A stretch of 64,000 nt of DNA, taken from NCBI GenBank assembly GCA_046597165.1, contig JBKJLD010000060.1:1167-65166 (forward strand), given 5' to 3'. The notes beneath the pieces are model-generated. The model searched no databases. It saw only the letters and a program-made list of their open reading frames with translations, and had not been told where the DNA came from. This DNA comes from Nocardioides sp. GTDB lineage: Bacteria; Actinomycetota; Actinomycetes; Propionibacteriales; Nocardioidaceae. This document shows positions 14,206 to 23,834 of the stretch, one piece after another (position 1 is the first letter of the stretch; each line of letters starts with the position of its first letter). The position numbers and the translations under genes were made by a program.

Positions 14206-15285
14206 ATGTCAGGAATCGACCACTTCTGGGCGGTGATCCCCGCTGGCGGGGCCGGCACGCGCCTGTGGCCCCTCTCCCGCTCGACCTCCCCCAAGTTCCT
14301 TCACGACCTCACCGGGAGCGGCAGCTCCCTCCTGCAGGAGACCGTGGCCCGGCTCGAACCGCTGGCCGCGGACCGCTTCCTGGTCGTGACCGGCGCCGCC
14401 CACCACACCGCCGTGACCGCTCAGCTGACCACGCTCGCGGCGAGCGCCGTGCTCGCCGAGCCGTCGCCGCGCGACTCGATGGCCGCGATCGGGCTGGCCG
14501 CCGCGCTTCTCGAGCGGGCCGACCCGGAGGCAGTGATGGGTTCCTTCCCGGCGGACCACGTCATCGATGACCCCGCGAGCTTCGCGACCTCGGTTGACCT
14601 GGCCGTCGAGGCGGCGCGCCAGGACTGGCTGGTCACCCTCGGGATCGAGCCAGCGTTCCCCTCGTCGGCGTTCGGCTACATCCACCTCGGCGACGAGATC
14701 GCGGACCTGGCGGGGACCTACGCAGTGCGCGCCTTCGTCGAGAAGCCGTCGACCGAGACCGCCGAGGAGTACCTCGCGACCGGCCGCTACCGCTGGAACG
14801 CCGGCATGTTCGTGGTCCGCCCGACCGTGCTGCTGGACCTGCTCGCCCGCTGGCACCCCGAGTTCGCTCTCACTCTGCGCACCATCGCCGAGGACCCGTC
14901 CCGCCTCGACGAGCTCTGGCCGACGCTGCCGAAGATCGCGCTGGACCACGCCATCGCCGAGCCGGCGGCGGCGGCCGGCCGGGTCGTCGTGGTCCCGTCG
15001 AGGTTCGGCTGGGACGACATCGGCGACTTCGACTCACTGGCCACCCTGCTCGACCCGGCGGGCACCGGGTTGACCGTGCTCGGCGACCCCGACCTGGTCC
15101 GCGGCATCGACGCCACCGGACTGGTCGTGCCCCGTTCGGGCCGGGTGGTGGCGGTCGTCGGGCTCGACGACGTCGTGGTCGTCGACACCCCGGACGCCCT
15201 CCTCGTCACGACGAGGGCACACGCACAGCTGATCAAGCAGGTGGTCGGCGGCCTACGCGAGACGGACCGGGACGACCTCGTCTGA
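14206..15285 (+). CDS. manC: Mannose-1-phosphate guanylyltransferase
   Basis: AGGAGTRLWPLSR..PKF, ADH, FVEKP, WNAGMF and GWDDIG. Confidence 0.93.
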   Translation: MSGIDHFWAVIPAGGAGTRLWPLSRSTSPKFLHDLTGSGSSLLQETVARLEPLAADRFLVVTGAAHHTAVTAQLTTLAASAVLAEPSPRDSMAAIGLAAALLERADPEAVMGSFPADHVIDDPASFATSVDLAVEAARQDWLVTLGIEPAFPSSAFGYIHLGDEIADLAGTYAVRAFVEKPSTETAEEYLATGRYRWNAGMFVVRPTVLLDLLARWHPEFALTLRTIAEDPSRLDELWPTLPKIALDHAIAEPAAAAGRVVVVPSRFGWDDIGDFDSLATLLDPAGTGLTVLGDPDLVRGIDATGLVVPRSGRVVAVVGLDDVVVVDTPDALLVTTRAHAQLIKQVVGGLRETDRDDLV

Positions 15286-15309
15286 GGCTGCCCGGCCCGG
15301 CCGTCCGAC

Positions 15310-16068
15310 TCACATCGCGTTGGGCTCGGGGGAGTCGAAGTAGGGGTAGTCGTCCATGAACTTCTTCAGGGCCGCCCCGCTGACGTCCGAGCAGTACTGG
15401 AAGACGCCCACCTGCTTGGAGGTGTCGGTCGTGCCGGCGCCGCCCGCGGACCAGTGCGTGAAGGCGACGTGCTCACCGGCCGGGAACTTCTTGCCGCCCT
15501 CGTCGGAGGAGGTCCAGGGCGCGGCCTTGAACTTGAACCGGAAGTTGGACGTGCCGGTGAACTTGTCCGCGATGCCGCGCAGTGTGGACATGGCCGCGTC
15601 GTCGTTGGCGATCGTGTCGTCGTACCAGAGGATCGTGTAGCCGTGCTCGAGGTTGTGGACCAGCGACTCGAGGGGCGGCCGGTCGCTGGCCGTGTAGAGC
15701 TTGCGATCCATCGGGGCCGGCGCCACGCCCGCCTCGTTCCAGTGCGCACCGAACGCGGGCGGAGCCTGCTGGTAGTCCACCGGGGTGCCCGTCGCGACGT
15801 GGTCCTGGTTGCCGTCGGCCTTGACCGTGGTGACCTTCTGGCAGGTGGAGGCCGGGGCGCCGATGCTTGCGAGGTCCAGCTTCGAGAAGGCCCGACCGTC
15901 GTACCAGTCCTTGATCGGCTTGAATGCCGCCGCGCCCACGATGAGCAGGGCGACCACCGCGCAGACGCCCACGATCATCAGCCCCCGCCGCTTCTCGGAG
16001 CCCTTCTGCTGCTTGCGCATCTTCTCGATGACGGCCTGGCGGTCGGTCTTGGCGGGCTTCTTGGCCAC
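15310..16068 (-). CDS. DUF3105 domain membrane-anchored protein
   Basis: PPAFGAHW and LVHNLEHG..ILWY; N-terminal TM. Confidence 0.8.
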   Translation of the reverse strand: MAKKPAKTDRQAVIEKMRKQQKGSEKRRGLMIVGVCAVVALLIVGAAAFKPIKDWYDGRAFSKLDLASIGAPASTCQKVTTVKADGNQDHVATGTPVDYQQAPPAFGAHWNEAGVAPAPMDRKLYTASDRPPLESLVHNLEHGYTILWYDDTIANDDAAMSTLRGIADKFTGTSNFRFKFKAAPWTSSDEGGKKFPAGEHVAFTHWSAGGAGTTDTSKQVGVFQYCSDVSGAALKKFMDDYPYFDSPEPNAM

Positions 16069-16124
16069 GGGTCGGTGTCCTCGGGAGTCGAAAAATCGGG
16101 TCAGCGGGGTGTCGGGGGCAGAGT

Positions 16125-17087
16125 CTACGTAGTCGTGGGGCGCAACCGGACCTCGCCGGACAAATCGGTCTCCTCGGCCGTCCAGCCGTGGGCGAAGGCC
16201 AGCGCGGCCAGGACCGCTGCGTCGGCTGGCAGCGGTCGTAGGACGAGCCCGGTTTCGTCGCCGTCGGGGTGGGGGAGCCGGTCGCCGAACACCTCGCGCA
16301 GTGCGCGAGTGAGCTCCGGCTGGCCGGCGGCCGCGCCGAAGGGTGCCCGGTCGTCGGCGACGCCGCGCAGGGCGCGGATGACCGCCTCTCGGGCGCCGTA
16401 CCCGAACAGGTCTCCGCCCTCCGAGCGCACCAGGGCCCGGGCGCCGGGGCCGTCGTCGCCGGGGGGCAGCACCAGGTCACCGCGGCCGCGCACCACCGCG
16501 AACGGCCGGGCACCGAGCTTGCCCTGCGCCAGCTCCGCCATCCCGGCGATCTCGTCCGCCACCGCGGGCGCGGTGACCGCGAGCGTGTTGCCGTGCGCGT
16601 CGGTGCGCCCCTCGAAGCTCTCTGCCACCAGGAGCCCGGCGGCGCCGACGGCGATGTCGGTCTGCCCCTCGCGCCACGCTCGGCCGGCGGTGTCGGTGAC
16701 CACCACCCCGACGTTGCGGCCGGACCGTTCGCGGATCGAGGCCCGCAGCGCCGCCGCGGACGCATCGGGATCCACGGGCAGCAGCACGATGGTTCCGGAC
16801 GCGACGTTGGAGGCGTCGATCCCCGCCGCGGCCATGGTGAGCCCGTGATGGGTGCGCACGATGGAGGTGGCGCCCCGGCGCGCGACCACGCGGGCGGTCT
16901 CGCCGGCCAGCGCATCATCGCGGCTGCCCGTCCGCAGCCGGCCCTCGGCCTTGCTGACCACCTTGCTGGTGATCACGACGACGTCGCCGTCCAGGAGATG
17001 GACCACCGGCAGCAGCAGGCCGACGAGGTCGTCACCGGGCCGGACCTCCGGGACCCCGTCAGGGGCCACGACACTCAGCGTGGTCAT
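16125..17087 (-). CDS. cofE: Coenzyme F420-0:L-glutamate ligase
   Basis: PEVRPGDDL, SKVVSKAEGR, AGIDASN and DTAGRAWREGQTD. Confidence 0.9.
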   Translation of the reverse strand: MTTLSVVAPDGVPEVRPGDDLVGLLLPVVHLLDGDVVVITSKVVSKAEGRLRTGSRDDALAGETARVVARRGATSIVRTHHGLTMAAAGIDASNVASGTIVLLPVDPDASAAALRASIRERSGRNVGVVVTDTAGRAWREGQTDIAVGAAGLLVAESFEGRTDAHGNTLAVTAPAVADEIAGMAELAQGKLGARPFAVVRGRGDLVLPPGDDGPGARALVRSEGGDLFGYGAREAVIRALRGVADDRAPFGAAAGQPELTRALREVFGDRLPHPDGDETGLVLRPLPADAAVLAALAFAHGWTAEETDLSGEVRLRPTTT

Positions 17088-18082
17088 CGGGTGACGAGCG
17101 AGACTGCGGCGGCGGCCATCGCGGCCGTCGCTGCGTGGTCGGTCATCATCAGGGGGACGGCGGCGCAGCGCAGCCCGCCCGCGGTGAGCCGGGGCACCTG
17201 GTCGGCGTCGGAGTCGTCAACCAGCCAGCCGTCCAGGACTCCGCCGTCCGATCTTGCCCCGTAGTGCAGTCCGACCCCGGCGGCGCTCACCTCGACGCCG
17301 ATCGAGGTCAGCATCTGTTCGGCCATGCCTCTCACGTGCGTGCCACCGACGATCGGTGAGAGGCCCACCACGGGTGCCCGGGTGGCCTGCAGGGCCTCCC
17401 GCACGCGCGGGACGCCCAGGATGGTGCCCACGCTGACGACCGGGTTCGACGGGGGCAGGATGACCAGGTCCGCGTCGGTGATCGCATCGATCACGCCCGG
17501 CCCGGGGGTGGCGTCCTCCAGGCCCACGAAGAGGACGGCCTCGGCGGGCACCTGCGCGCGCAGCCGGACCCAGTACTCCTGGAAGTGCACGACACGACGA
17601 CCGCTGGGCGACTCGGCATCGGGGATCGCCACATGCGTCTCCACGCGGTCGTCGGTCATCGGCAACAGCCGCACGCCGGGCTGCCAGCGCCGACAGAGCG
17701 CCTCGGTCACCTGGGAGAGCGGGTATCCAGCGTCCAGCATCTGGGTCCGCACCAGGTGGGTGGCCACGTCCCGGTCGCCGAGCCCGAACCAGGTGGGCTC
17801 CACGCCGTACGCCGCCAGCTCGGTCCGGACGCTCCACGTCTCCTCGCGTCGGCCCCAGCCCCGCTCCAGGTCGATGCCGTCGCCGAGGGTGTACATGACG
17901 GTGTCGAGGTCGGGGCAGACCTTGAGACCGTGCACCCAGATGTCGTCTGCGGTGTTGGCCACGACGGTGACGGTGGCCTCCGGTGACGTCCCGGGCAGCC
18001 GTCCCGTGGCGAGACCGTGCAACAGCCCCTGGAGGAAGCGGGCGCCGCCCATGCCGCCGGACAGCACCGTGATGTTCTGCAT
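17084..18082 (-). CDS. cofD: 2-phospho-L-lactate transferase
   Basis: GGMGGARF, CPDLDTVMYTL, WFGLGDRD, HFQEYW and PSNPVVS. Confidence 0.93.
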   Translation of the reverse strand: MQNITVLSGGMGGARFLQGLLHGLATGRLPGTSPEATVTVVANTADDIWVHGLKVCPDLDTVMYTLGDGIDLERGWGRREETWSVRTELAAYGVEPTWFGLGDRDVATHLVRTQMLDAGYPLSQVTEALCRRWQPGVRLLPMTDDRVETHVAIPDAESPSGRRVVHFQEYWVRLRAQVPAEAVLFVGLEDATPGPGVIDAITDADLVILPPSNPVVSVGTILGVPRVREALQATRAPVVGLSPIVGGTHVRGMAEQMLTSIGVEVSAAGVGLHYGARSDGGVLDGWLVDDSDADQVPRLTAGGLRCAAVPLMMTDHAATAAMAAAAVSLVTR

Positions 18083-18163
18083 GTGCACATCCTGCCGCAC
18101 CGGCCCGTTCGGTCAGACGGCAATAGCACGAACGGGTGATTGCACTACATACCAGATGCAGGC

Positions 18164-18193
18164 TTGACTTCAGGGGTACGACAGGCATGTAAT
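18164..18193 (+). promoter_or_regulatory. Candidate whiB promoter
   Basis: TTGACT-N18-TGTAAT upstream of whiB. Confidence 0.4.
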
Positions 18194-18296
18194 TCCCACA
18201 GTGTTCTTCGCACCTGCTCCTCCGTCTTCCGGTGGGGGCGGGACCGCGGAGGCGAATGTGGGACGGGTGTAGCACCGGGTCGAAAGGGCGAGTGCC

Positions 18297-18551
18297 GTGA
18301 GAGAACTGTTTCTCCTCGACGGGAACGCCGAAGAAGCGGGTTGGCAGGATCGTGCGCTCTGCGCACAGACCGACCCTGAGGCGTTCTTTCCGGAAAAGGG
18401 AGGATCGACCAGGGAGGCCAAGAAGGTCTGCCTGACATGCGAGGTGCGAGACGACTGTCTCGAGTCCGCCTTGCTGAACGACGAGCGCTTCGGCATTTGG
18501 GGTGGTCTCTCCGAGCGGGAGCGCCGCAAGCTGAAGAAGCGCGCGGTCTGA
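18297..18551 (+). CDS. whiB: WhiB family Fe-S transcriptional regulator (WhiB/WhiB2 type)
   Basis: WQDRALCAQTDPEAFFPEKGGSTREAKKVC..C..C and GIWGG; divergent from cofD. Confidence 0.95.
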   Translation: MRELFLLDGNAEEAGWQDRALCAQTDPEAFFPEKGGSTREAKKVCLTCEVRDDCLESALLNDERFGIWGGLSERERRKLKKRAV

Positions 18552-18658
18552 GCGGGAGCGCCCCCAGCGGTCAACAGCCGTGACGGGGCGCACACGCGCC
18601 CGGGGCCGCCCCGACGGGCCCGCGCCTGATCAGGTCCGGGCCGTTAGGGTGACCCATC

Positions 18659-21523
18659 GTGAATTCTTCGGTCGCAGCGCTGCTCGTGAGCCACGACGGT
18701 GAGCGCTGGCTCCCGGCGGTCATCGACGGACTCCGCTCCCAACGCGTCCCGGTGGACCGGGTGGTCGCGATCGACACCGCGAGCAAGGACGGCAGCGCCG
18801 CCCTCCTCGAGGCCGCCTTCGGCGCCGTGCACCGTATCCCCGGCTCGACGACGTTCCCCGCGGCGGTCGCCTTCGGGCTCGACCAGCTCGACGCGGACGG
18901 CCTTGCTCCGGAGTGGATCTGGATCCTGCACGACGACTCCAACCCCGACCCCGGCGCCCTCGAGGCGCTCCTGGCCGCTGCCGAGGCCCATCCCGATGTC
19001 GACATCCTCGGGCCCAAGCTGCGCGAGTGGCCGTCCCTCAAGCGCCTGCTCGAGCTCGGCGTCACCATCTCGGGGACCGGTCGACGTGAGACGGGCCTCG
19101 AGCGGGGCGAGTACGACCAGGGCCAGCACGACGAGGTCCGCACCGTCCTCGCGGTCAACACCGCAGGCATGCTGGTGCGCCGCCGCGTCCTCGAGGAGCT
19201 GGACGGCTTCGACCCGCAGCTGCCGATCTTCGGCAACGACGTCGACTTCGGCTGGCGTGCTGCGGCCGCCGGCCACCGCACCCTGATCGTGCCCCAGGCG
19301 GTCGTCTTCCACGCCGAGGCGGCGCATCGGGGCGTCCGACGCACCTCGCTCACCGGCCGGCACACCCACTACCAGGAGCGTCGGGCGGCGCTCTACACGC
19401 TGCTCGCCAACTCACGGGCCCGGTCGTTGCCCTTCCAGCTGGTCCGGCTCGGACTCGGCACCCTGCTGCGGATGGTCGGGTTCCTGCTCGTCCGCTCCGT
19501 CGGCGAGGCCCTCGACGAGCTCGCCGCCCTGGTCTCGCTCTACGGCTCCCCTCGAGAGATCCTGGCCGCGCGGCGCACCCGTCAGGGACGCCAGGTGGCC
19601 GCTCCGGAGAAGTTGCGCGGGCTCCTGGCACCTGCGTGGCTGCCCTACCGCCACGGGCTGGACTTCGTCGGCGACCTGGCGGCCGCCGCCACCAACCAGG
19701 CGCAGGACGTGGCCGAGCGGCGGCGCGCAGCCAAGGTGGAACACACCCAGGGATCGGGTCGGAGCCGCTCGGTGCCCGTGGACGAGGATGCGCTCGAGGA
19801 GGACATGGGCGCCGTGGCCCGGTTCCTCACGAACCCCGTCGCGATCGCGGTGGCCGTCTTCGCGGTCCTGGCCCTCGTCGGCGCCCGGGCCGCCTTCGGG
19901 CCGATCGCGGGCGGCGGCCTGTCCCCGGTCCCCGCGGGTGCAGGGGACTGGTGGCGACTCCAGGTGGAGTCGTGGCACCCCCTCGGCCAGGGCACCGCGG
20001 TGCCGGCGCCGGCATACGTCCTGCCGCTCGCCCTGCTGGCCACGCTCCTCGGTGGCAGCCCGACTGCCGCGGTCAGCGCACTCTTCGTGCTCGCGGTCCC
20101 GGTCGCACTGTGGGGAGCGTGGCGATTCCTGCGAGTCGTCGGTCGACTCGTGGCCCCCGCGGGCGCTCCGCGGTGGCTGCTGCTGTGGGGGGCCACCACC
20201 TACGCCCTGGTCCCGGCGGTCAGTGGCGCCTGGGGCGCGGGTCGCTTCGGGACCGTGGTCGTGGCCGCCCTGCTTCCGTGGCTGGCCCATGCGGCCCTCG
20301 GCTTCGCCGACCCCGATCCGGACCGTCGCTGGCGGGCGGCCTGGCGCTCCGCCCTGCTCCTCGCCCTCGGGGCCGCCTTCGCCCCCGTGTCCTGGATCTT
20401 TGCCGCGTTGCTGGGCCTGGTGGTCGTCGCGGCCGCCTTCGCGATCGCCCCGGCCGCGATGCGCGACCGGTCCGTGTGGGGCCCGCCCGCCGTCGCGCTG
20501 CTGACCGCACCGCTCCTGCTCGCTGCGTGGTGGGTGCCCGCGCTCCAGCACGGCGCTTCCGAGGGCCTGCTGCTCGACACCGGCCGACTGCCCGCCCCGT
20601 CGGTCGACGGGATCAACCTGCTCGCCGGTCGGCTCGACACCCTGGGTGCTCCCTGGTGGCTCGGCGCGGTCCTGGCCGTCCTGGCCGTTCTCGCGCTGCT
20701 GCCCCGGCTCACCCGGATCCCGGTCCTCGTCTGCTGGATCGTGGCGCTGATTGCCGCCACGGCCGCCGCAGCCCTGGGTGCCGTCTCTCTCTCGGTCACT
20801 GCCACCACGGCGCGTCCGGGGGTCGGCTTCCTGGTCGTCGTCCTCCAGGGCGCCTTCGTCGTCGCCGCCGCGATGGGGGCCCAGGGGCTCGCCAGGAGCG
20901 TCCCGTCTGCCTGGACCTGGCGGCGGGTCCTCGCCGCGGCGCTCGGTGCTCTCGCCTTCGCCGTCCCGGTTGGAGGCCTCGGCTGGTTCGTCGTCGGGGA
21001 CCACGACCAGCTCGACGAGGGTGACACCTCCGGCATCCCGGCGTACATGGTCCAGAGCTCGATGACCGGGGACGCCCACGGGATCCTGGTGATCCGCGGT
21101 GACGTCGCGCGGGGGCTGAGCTACACCGTGCGCAGGGGCGACGGTGTCACCCTGGGTGAGGACGAGATCCTGGACCTGACCGCAGAGGACACCGGCTTCA
21201 CCCGTGAGGTCCGCGAGCTCGTCTCCCGACCCACTCCCGAGCTCGTCGACTCGCTCGCCTCGCGCGGGATCGAGTACGTCGTGCTGCCGCAGCCCGCTGA
21301 CGGTGACGTCGCCGCTGCCCTGGACGCCACCGGCGGTCTGGTGCAGGCCAGCGCGGAGGACCGTTCGACCCGTGCCTGGCAGGTCCATCGAGTCCCCGAC
21401 GCGGGGGCCGTCGACGGCCCCGGCTCGTGGCTGCGCGTCGTACTCCTCGTGCTGCAGGCGCTCGGCCTCCTGGTCGTCGCTGTCCTCTGCGCCCCGACCG
21501 ACCGACGGAGGTCGCGCTCATGA
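18659..21523 (+). CDS. GT2 glycosyltransferase fused to large multi-TM domain
   Basis: LLVSHDG, WILHDDS, GPK and NDVDFGWR followed by many hydrophobic segments. Confidence 0.85.
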   Translation: MNSSVAALLVSHDGERWLPAVIDGLRSQRVPVDRVVAIDTASKDGSAALLEAAFGAVHRIPGSTTFPAAVAFGLDQLDADGLAPEWIWILHDDSNPDPGALEALLAAAEAHPDVDILGPKLREWPSLKRLLELGVTISGTGRRETGLERGEYDQGQHDEVRTVLAVNTAGMLVRRRVLEELDGFDPQLPIFGNDVDFGWRAAAAGHRTLIVPQAVVFHAEAAHRGVRRTSLTGRHTHYQERRAALYTLLANSRARSLPFQLVRLGLGTLLRMVGFLLVRSVGEALDELAALVSLYGSPREILAARRTRQGRQVAAPEKLRGLLAPAWLPYRHGLDFVGDLAAAATNQAQDVAERRRAAKVEHTQGSGRSRSVPVDEDALEEDMGAVARFLTNPVAIAVAVFAVLALVGARAAFGPIAGGGLSPVPAGAGDWWRLQVESWHPLGQGTAVPAPAYVLPLALLATLLGGSPTAAVSALFVLAVPVALWGAWRFLRVVGRLVAPAGAPRWLLLWGATTYALVPAVSGAWGAGRFGTVVVAALLPWLAHAALGFADPDPDRRWRAAWRSALLLALGAAFAPVSWIFAALLGLVVVAAAFAIAPAAMRDRSVWGPPAVALLTAPLLLAAWWVPALQHGASEGLLLDTGRLPAPSVDGINLLAGRLDTLGAPWWLGAVLAVLAVLALLPRLTRIPVLVCWIVALIAATAAAALGAVSLSVTATTARPGVGFLVVVLQGAFVVAAAMGAQGLARSVPSAWTWRRVLAAALGALAFAVPVGGLGWFVVGDHDQLDEGDTSGIPAYMVQSSMTGDAHGILVIRGDVARGLSYTVRRGDGVTLGEDEILDLTAEDTGFTREVRELVSRPTPELVDSLASRGIEYVVLPQPADGDVAAALDATGGLVQASAEDRSTRAWQVHRVPDAGAVDGPGSWLRVVLLVLQALGLLVVAVLCAPTDRRRSRS

Positions 21524-22908
21524 GCCACACCGCCCCCGGCGGCCGCACCTCTCGACGGCCCCTGCACCTCGACACCACGACTGTCCTGGCCGTCGCGCTG
21601 CCGGTGCTGACGGTCGTGGCGCTGTTCCTCGTGCACCCCGCGGGCAACCTGGTCTCCGGCCAGGCCCCCACGAGGACCGCGCTGACCAGCGCCTCGGTCA
21701 TCTGTCCCACGGCTCTCAACGGCGCTCCGGAGACCTATCTCACGACCGCTGAGAGCCAGGCTCACGGAAGCGTCGACGTGTCCTCCGGTGGCGATGCTCG
21801 CACTGCCGAGATCGCGGCGGGCAAGGCTCGCCGGGTGCGACCGGGCACCGGTCCGGTGACCATCACGGGCGAGGGCGACCTGGCCCCCGGACTGGTGGCC
21901 GCCCGGTTCGGCGGCCGCCAGCTCGCCGCGGTCAGCTGTCCGGCCACCGCGGCTGCGCAGTGGTTCACCGCGGTGGGTTCCGGGGCGCGGCACAACTCCA
22001 TCCTCGAGCTGGTCAACCCCGATGCCGGGCCCGCCGTGGCCGACGTCCTGGTCCGCGGCCATTCGGGGCTGGTCGACGTGCCCCGGCTGCGCGGGGTCTC
22101 GGTCTCGGGGCACGGGAGCGTTCGTCTCGACCTGGGCGCGATCGTGCCCAGGCGCGACGAGCTGGCCCTCCAGGTGGTCACGACCCGAGGCAGGCTGTCG
22201 GCCACGGTCCTCGACCAGTTCCAGCCGCTGGGCGCCAAGATTCCCAATGAGGACTGGCTGGCCGCCCAGCCCGAGCCGACCACGGACAACCTCCTGCTCG
22301 GCCTTGGCAAGGGACCCGGCAAACGCAGCCTCGTGCTGGCCAACGGTGGTGAGGACGAGGTGCGCGCCGAGCTCAAGCTGGTCAGTGAGGAGTCGGTCTT
22401 CGCCCCAGCCGGGGTCGCCGAGATCCGGGTGCCGCCCAACGGCGTACGCCGGGTCTCGCTCAGCGGCAAGGCCCTGGCCGCGGTGCGCGAGGGAGCCTTC
22501 GGGGTCGAGGTGACCTCGACCGCGCCGCTCACGGCGACACTTCGCTCGTTCGTCGGAGGTGACCTGTCGCATGCCGTCGCGGGCACGCCGCTCACCTCCG
22601 GTGCGACCCTGCTGGCCCCCGAGGGAACCAAGCAGGTTCTGCTCGGCGGCGCCGACGCCGTGGGTGTCGTGACGGTGGTGGCCAGGACGGCCCACGGCAA
22701 GGAGCTGCTGAGCAAGCGGGTCGCGCTCCAGCCGGGCAAGGGTGCCCTGCTCGACCTGCCGCGGAAGGCTGCTGTGATCTCGCTGGTGCCCGAGCGGACC
22801 GGCGTGGTCGCCGCGCTCCTCCTCACGGGTCGGGGGGCCGCCGTGGTGCCGTTCACCGAGACGGTCAGAAGCGGGCTGGTGCCCGCGGTCCGGCCCGGTC
22901 TTCCCTAG
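21520..22908 (+). CDS. DUF5719-like membrane-anchored secreted protein
   Basis: Single TM, two CP motifs, LVNP and LANG repeats; ATGA coupling to upstream GT. Confidence 0.7.
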   Translation: MSHTAPGGRTSRRPLHLDTTTVLAVALPVLTVVALFLVHPAGNLVSGQAPTRTALTSASVICPTALNGAPETYLTTAESQAHGSVDVSSGGDARTAEIAAGKARRVRPGTGPVTITGEGDLAPGLVAARFGGRQLAAVSCPATAAAQWFTAVGSGARHNSILELVNPDAGPAVADVLVRGHSGLVDVPRLRGVSVSGHGSVRLDLGAIVPRRDELALQVVTTRGRLSATVLDQFQPLGAKIPNEDWLAAQPEPTTDNLLLGLGKGPGKRSLVLANGGEDEVRAELKLVSEESVFAPAGVAEIRVPPNGVRRVSLSGKALAAVREGAFGVEVTSTAPLTATLRSFVGGDLSHAVAGTPLTSGATLLAPEGTKQVLLGGADAVGVVTVVARTAHGKELLSKRVALQPGKGALLDLPRKAAVISLVPERTGVVAALLLTGRGAAVVPFTETVRSGLVPAVRPGLP

Positions 22909-22935
22909 GAACTCGGGGCGCCGATCGGTGCCCGC

Positions 22936-23388
22936 TCAGTCGTTGCTCTCGTAGCGCGGATCCACCTGGTCGGCGTCGATGCCGAGCAGCTCGGCGATCT
23001 GCTCCACCACGATGGTCAGCACCATCGCCTCCAGCTCGGTGCGGTTCTCGCAGCGGTGCTCGATGGGACGCCTGAAGAGCACCAACCGGGTGGGGGCCCC
23101 GGCCGTGCCCCGGACGAGGGAGGAGAGCGGCACGGTGCCCGAGTCCCAGTCGTCGGGGATCTGCGGCGCGTCCTCGACGGCGTACTCGACCAGGCCGAGC
23201 CGGTCCTGCCAGCGTTCGTCGACGCTGGTCACGATGCCCAGGGCCAGGTCGTCGAAGCGTTCCCGCGCGGTGCGCAGCTCGGGCCGGCCGGGCTCACGCG
23301 GCAGCACGGCCGGGCCTCGCATCCCGCGCCCCCGCCGGTCGCGGGTGCGCGGTGTCGTCCTGCCGGCACCCGGGCTGGTGTCATCCAC
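22936..23388 (-). CDS. Zincin_1-like metallopeptidase family protein
   Basis: RDRRGRGMRGP, LFRRPIE and VVEQIAELLG. Confidence 0.8.
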   Translation of the reverse strand: MDDTSPGAGRTTPRTRDRRGRGMRGPAVLPREPGRPELRTARERFDDLALGIVTSVDERWQDRLGLVEYAVEDAPQIPDDWDSGTVPLSSLVRGTAGAPTRLVLFRRPIEHRCENRTELEAMVLTIVVEQIAELLGIDADQVDPRYESND

Positions 23389-23437
23389 GCCGCGAGCCTA
23401 ATGGGGGCACGCGTGCCGGGCGGGTACCGTCTGCCGC

Positions 23438-23797
23438 GTGAGTCCTGTCCGCCGTTGTTCGCGCACGGCCTGCGGCCGTGCCGCGATCAACACGCTGACC
23501 TATGTGTACGCCGACCAGACGGCGGTGCTGGGTCCGTTGGCGACCTACGCCGAGCCGCACGCCTATGACCTCTGCGACGCCCACAGCGAGCGACTCTCCG
23601 CCCCGCGTGGCTGGGAGGTGCTGCGCCTGGCGCCCGACCCCGCGGCCCAGGGACCCTCCACCGATGACCTGCTCGCCCTGGCCGACGCGGTGCGCGAGGC
23701 GGCGCGGCCGGCGCCGCCGCCGCGGGTTGCTCCCGCGGAGGAGACCGGCCGCGAGGTGGGTCGCCGCGGCCACCTGAGGATGCTCAAGACCGACTGA
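23438..23797 (+). CDS. DUF3499 family protein
   Basis: RRCSRTAC..TLTYVYAD..EPHAYDLC..H..APRGW; RGHLR tail. Confidence 0.85.
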   Translation: MSPVRRCSRTACGRAAINTLTYVYADQTAVLGPLATYAEPHAYDLCDAHSERLSAPRGWEVLRLAPDPAAQGPSTDDLLALADAVREAARPAPPPRVAPAEETGREVGRRGHLRMLKTD

Positions 23798-23834
23798 CCG
23801 TCCGGGCTCGTCGTCGGCCCGTTAGGCTCCGGCC

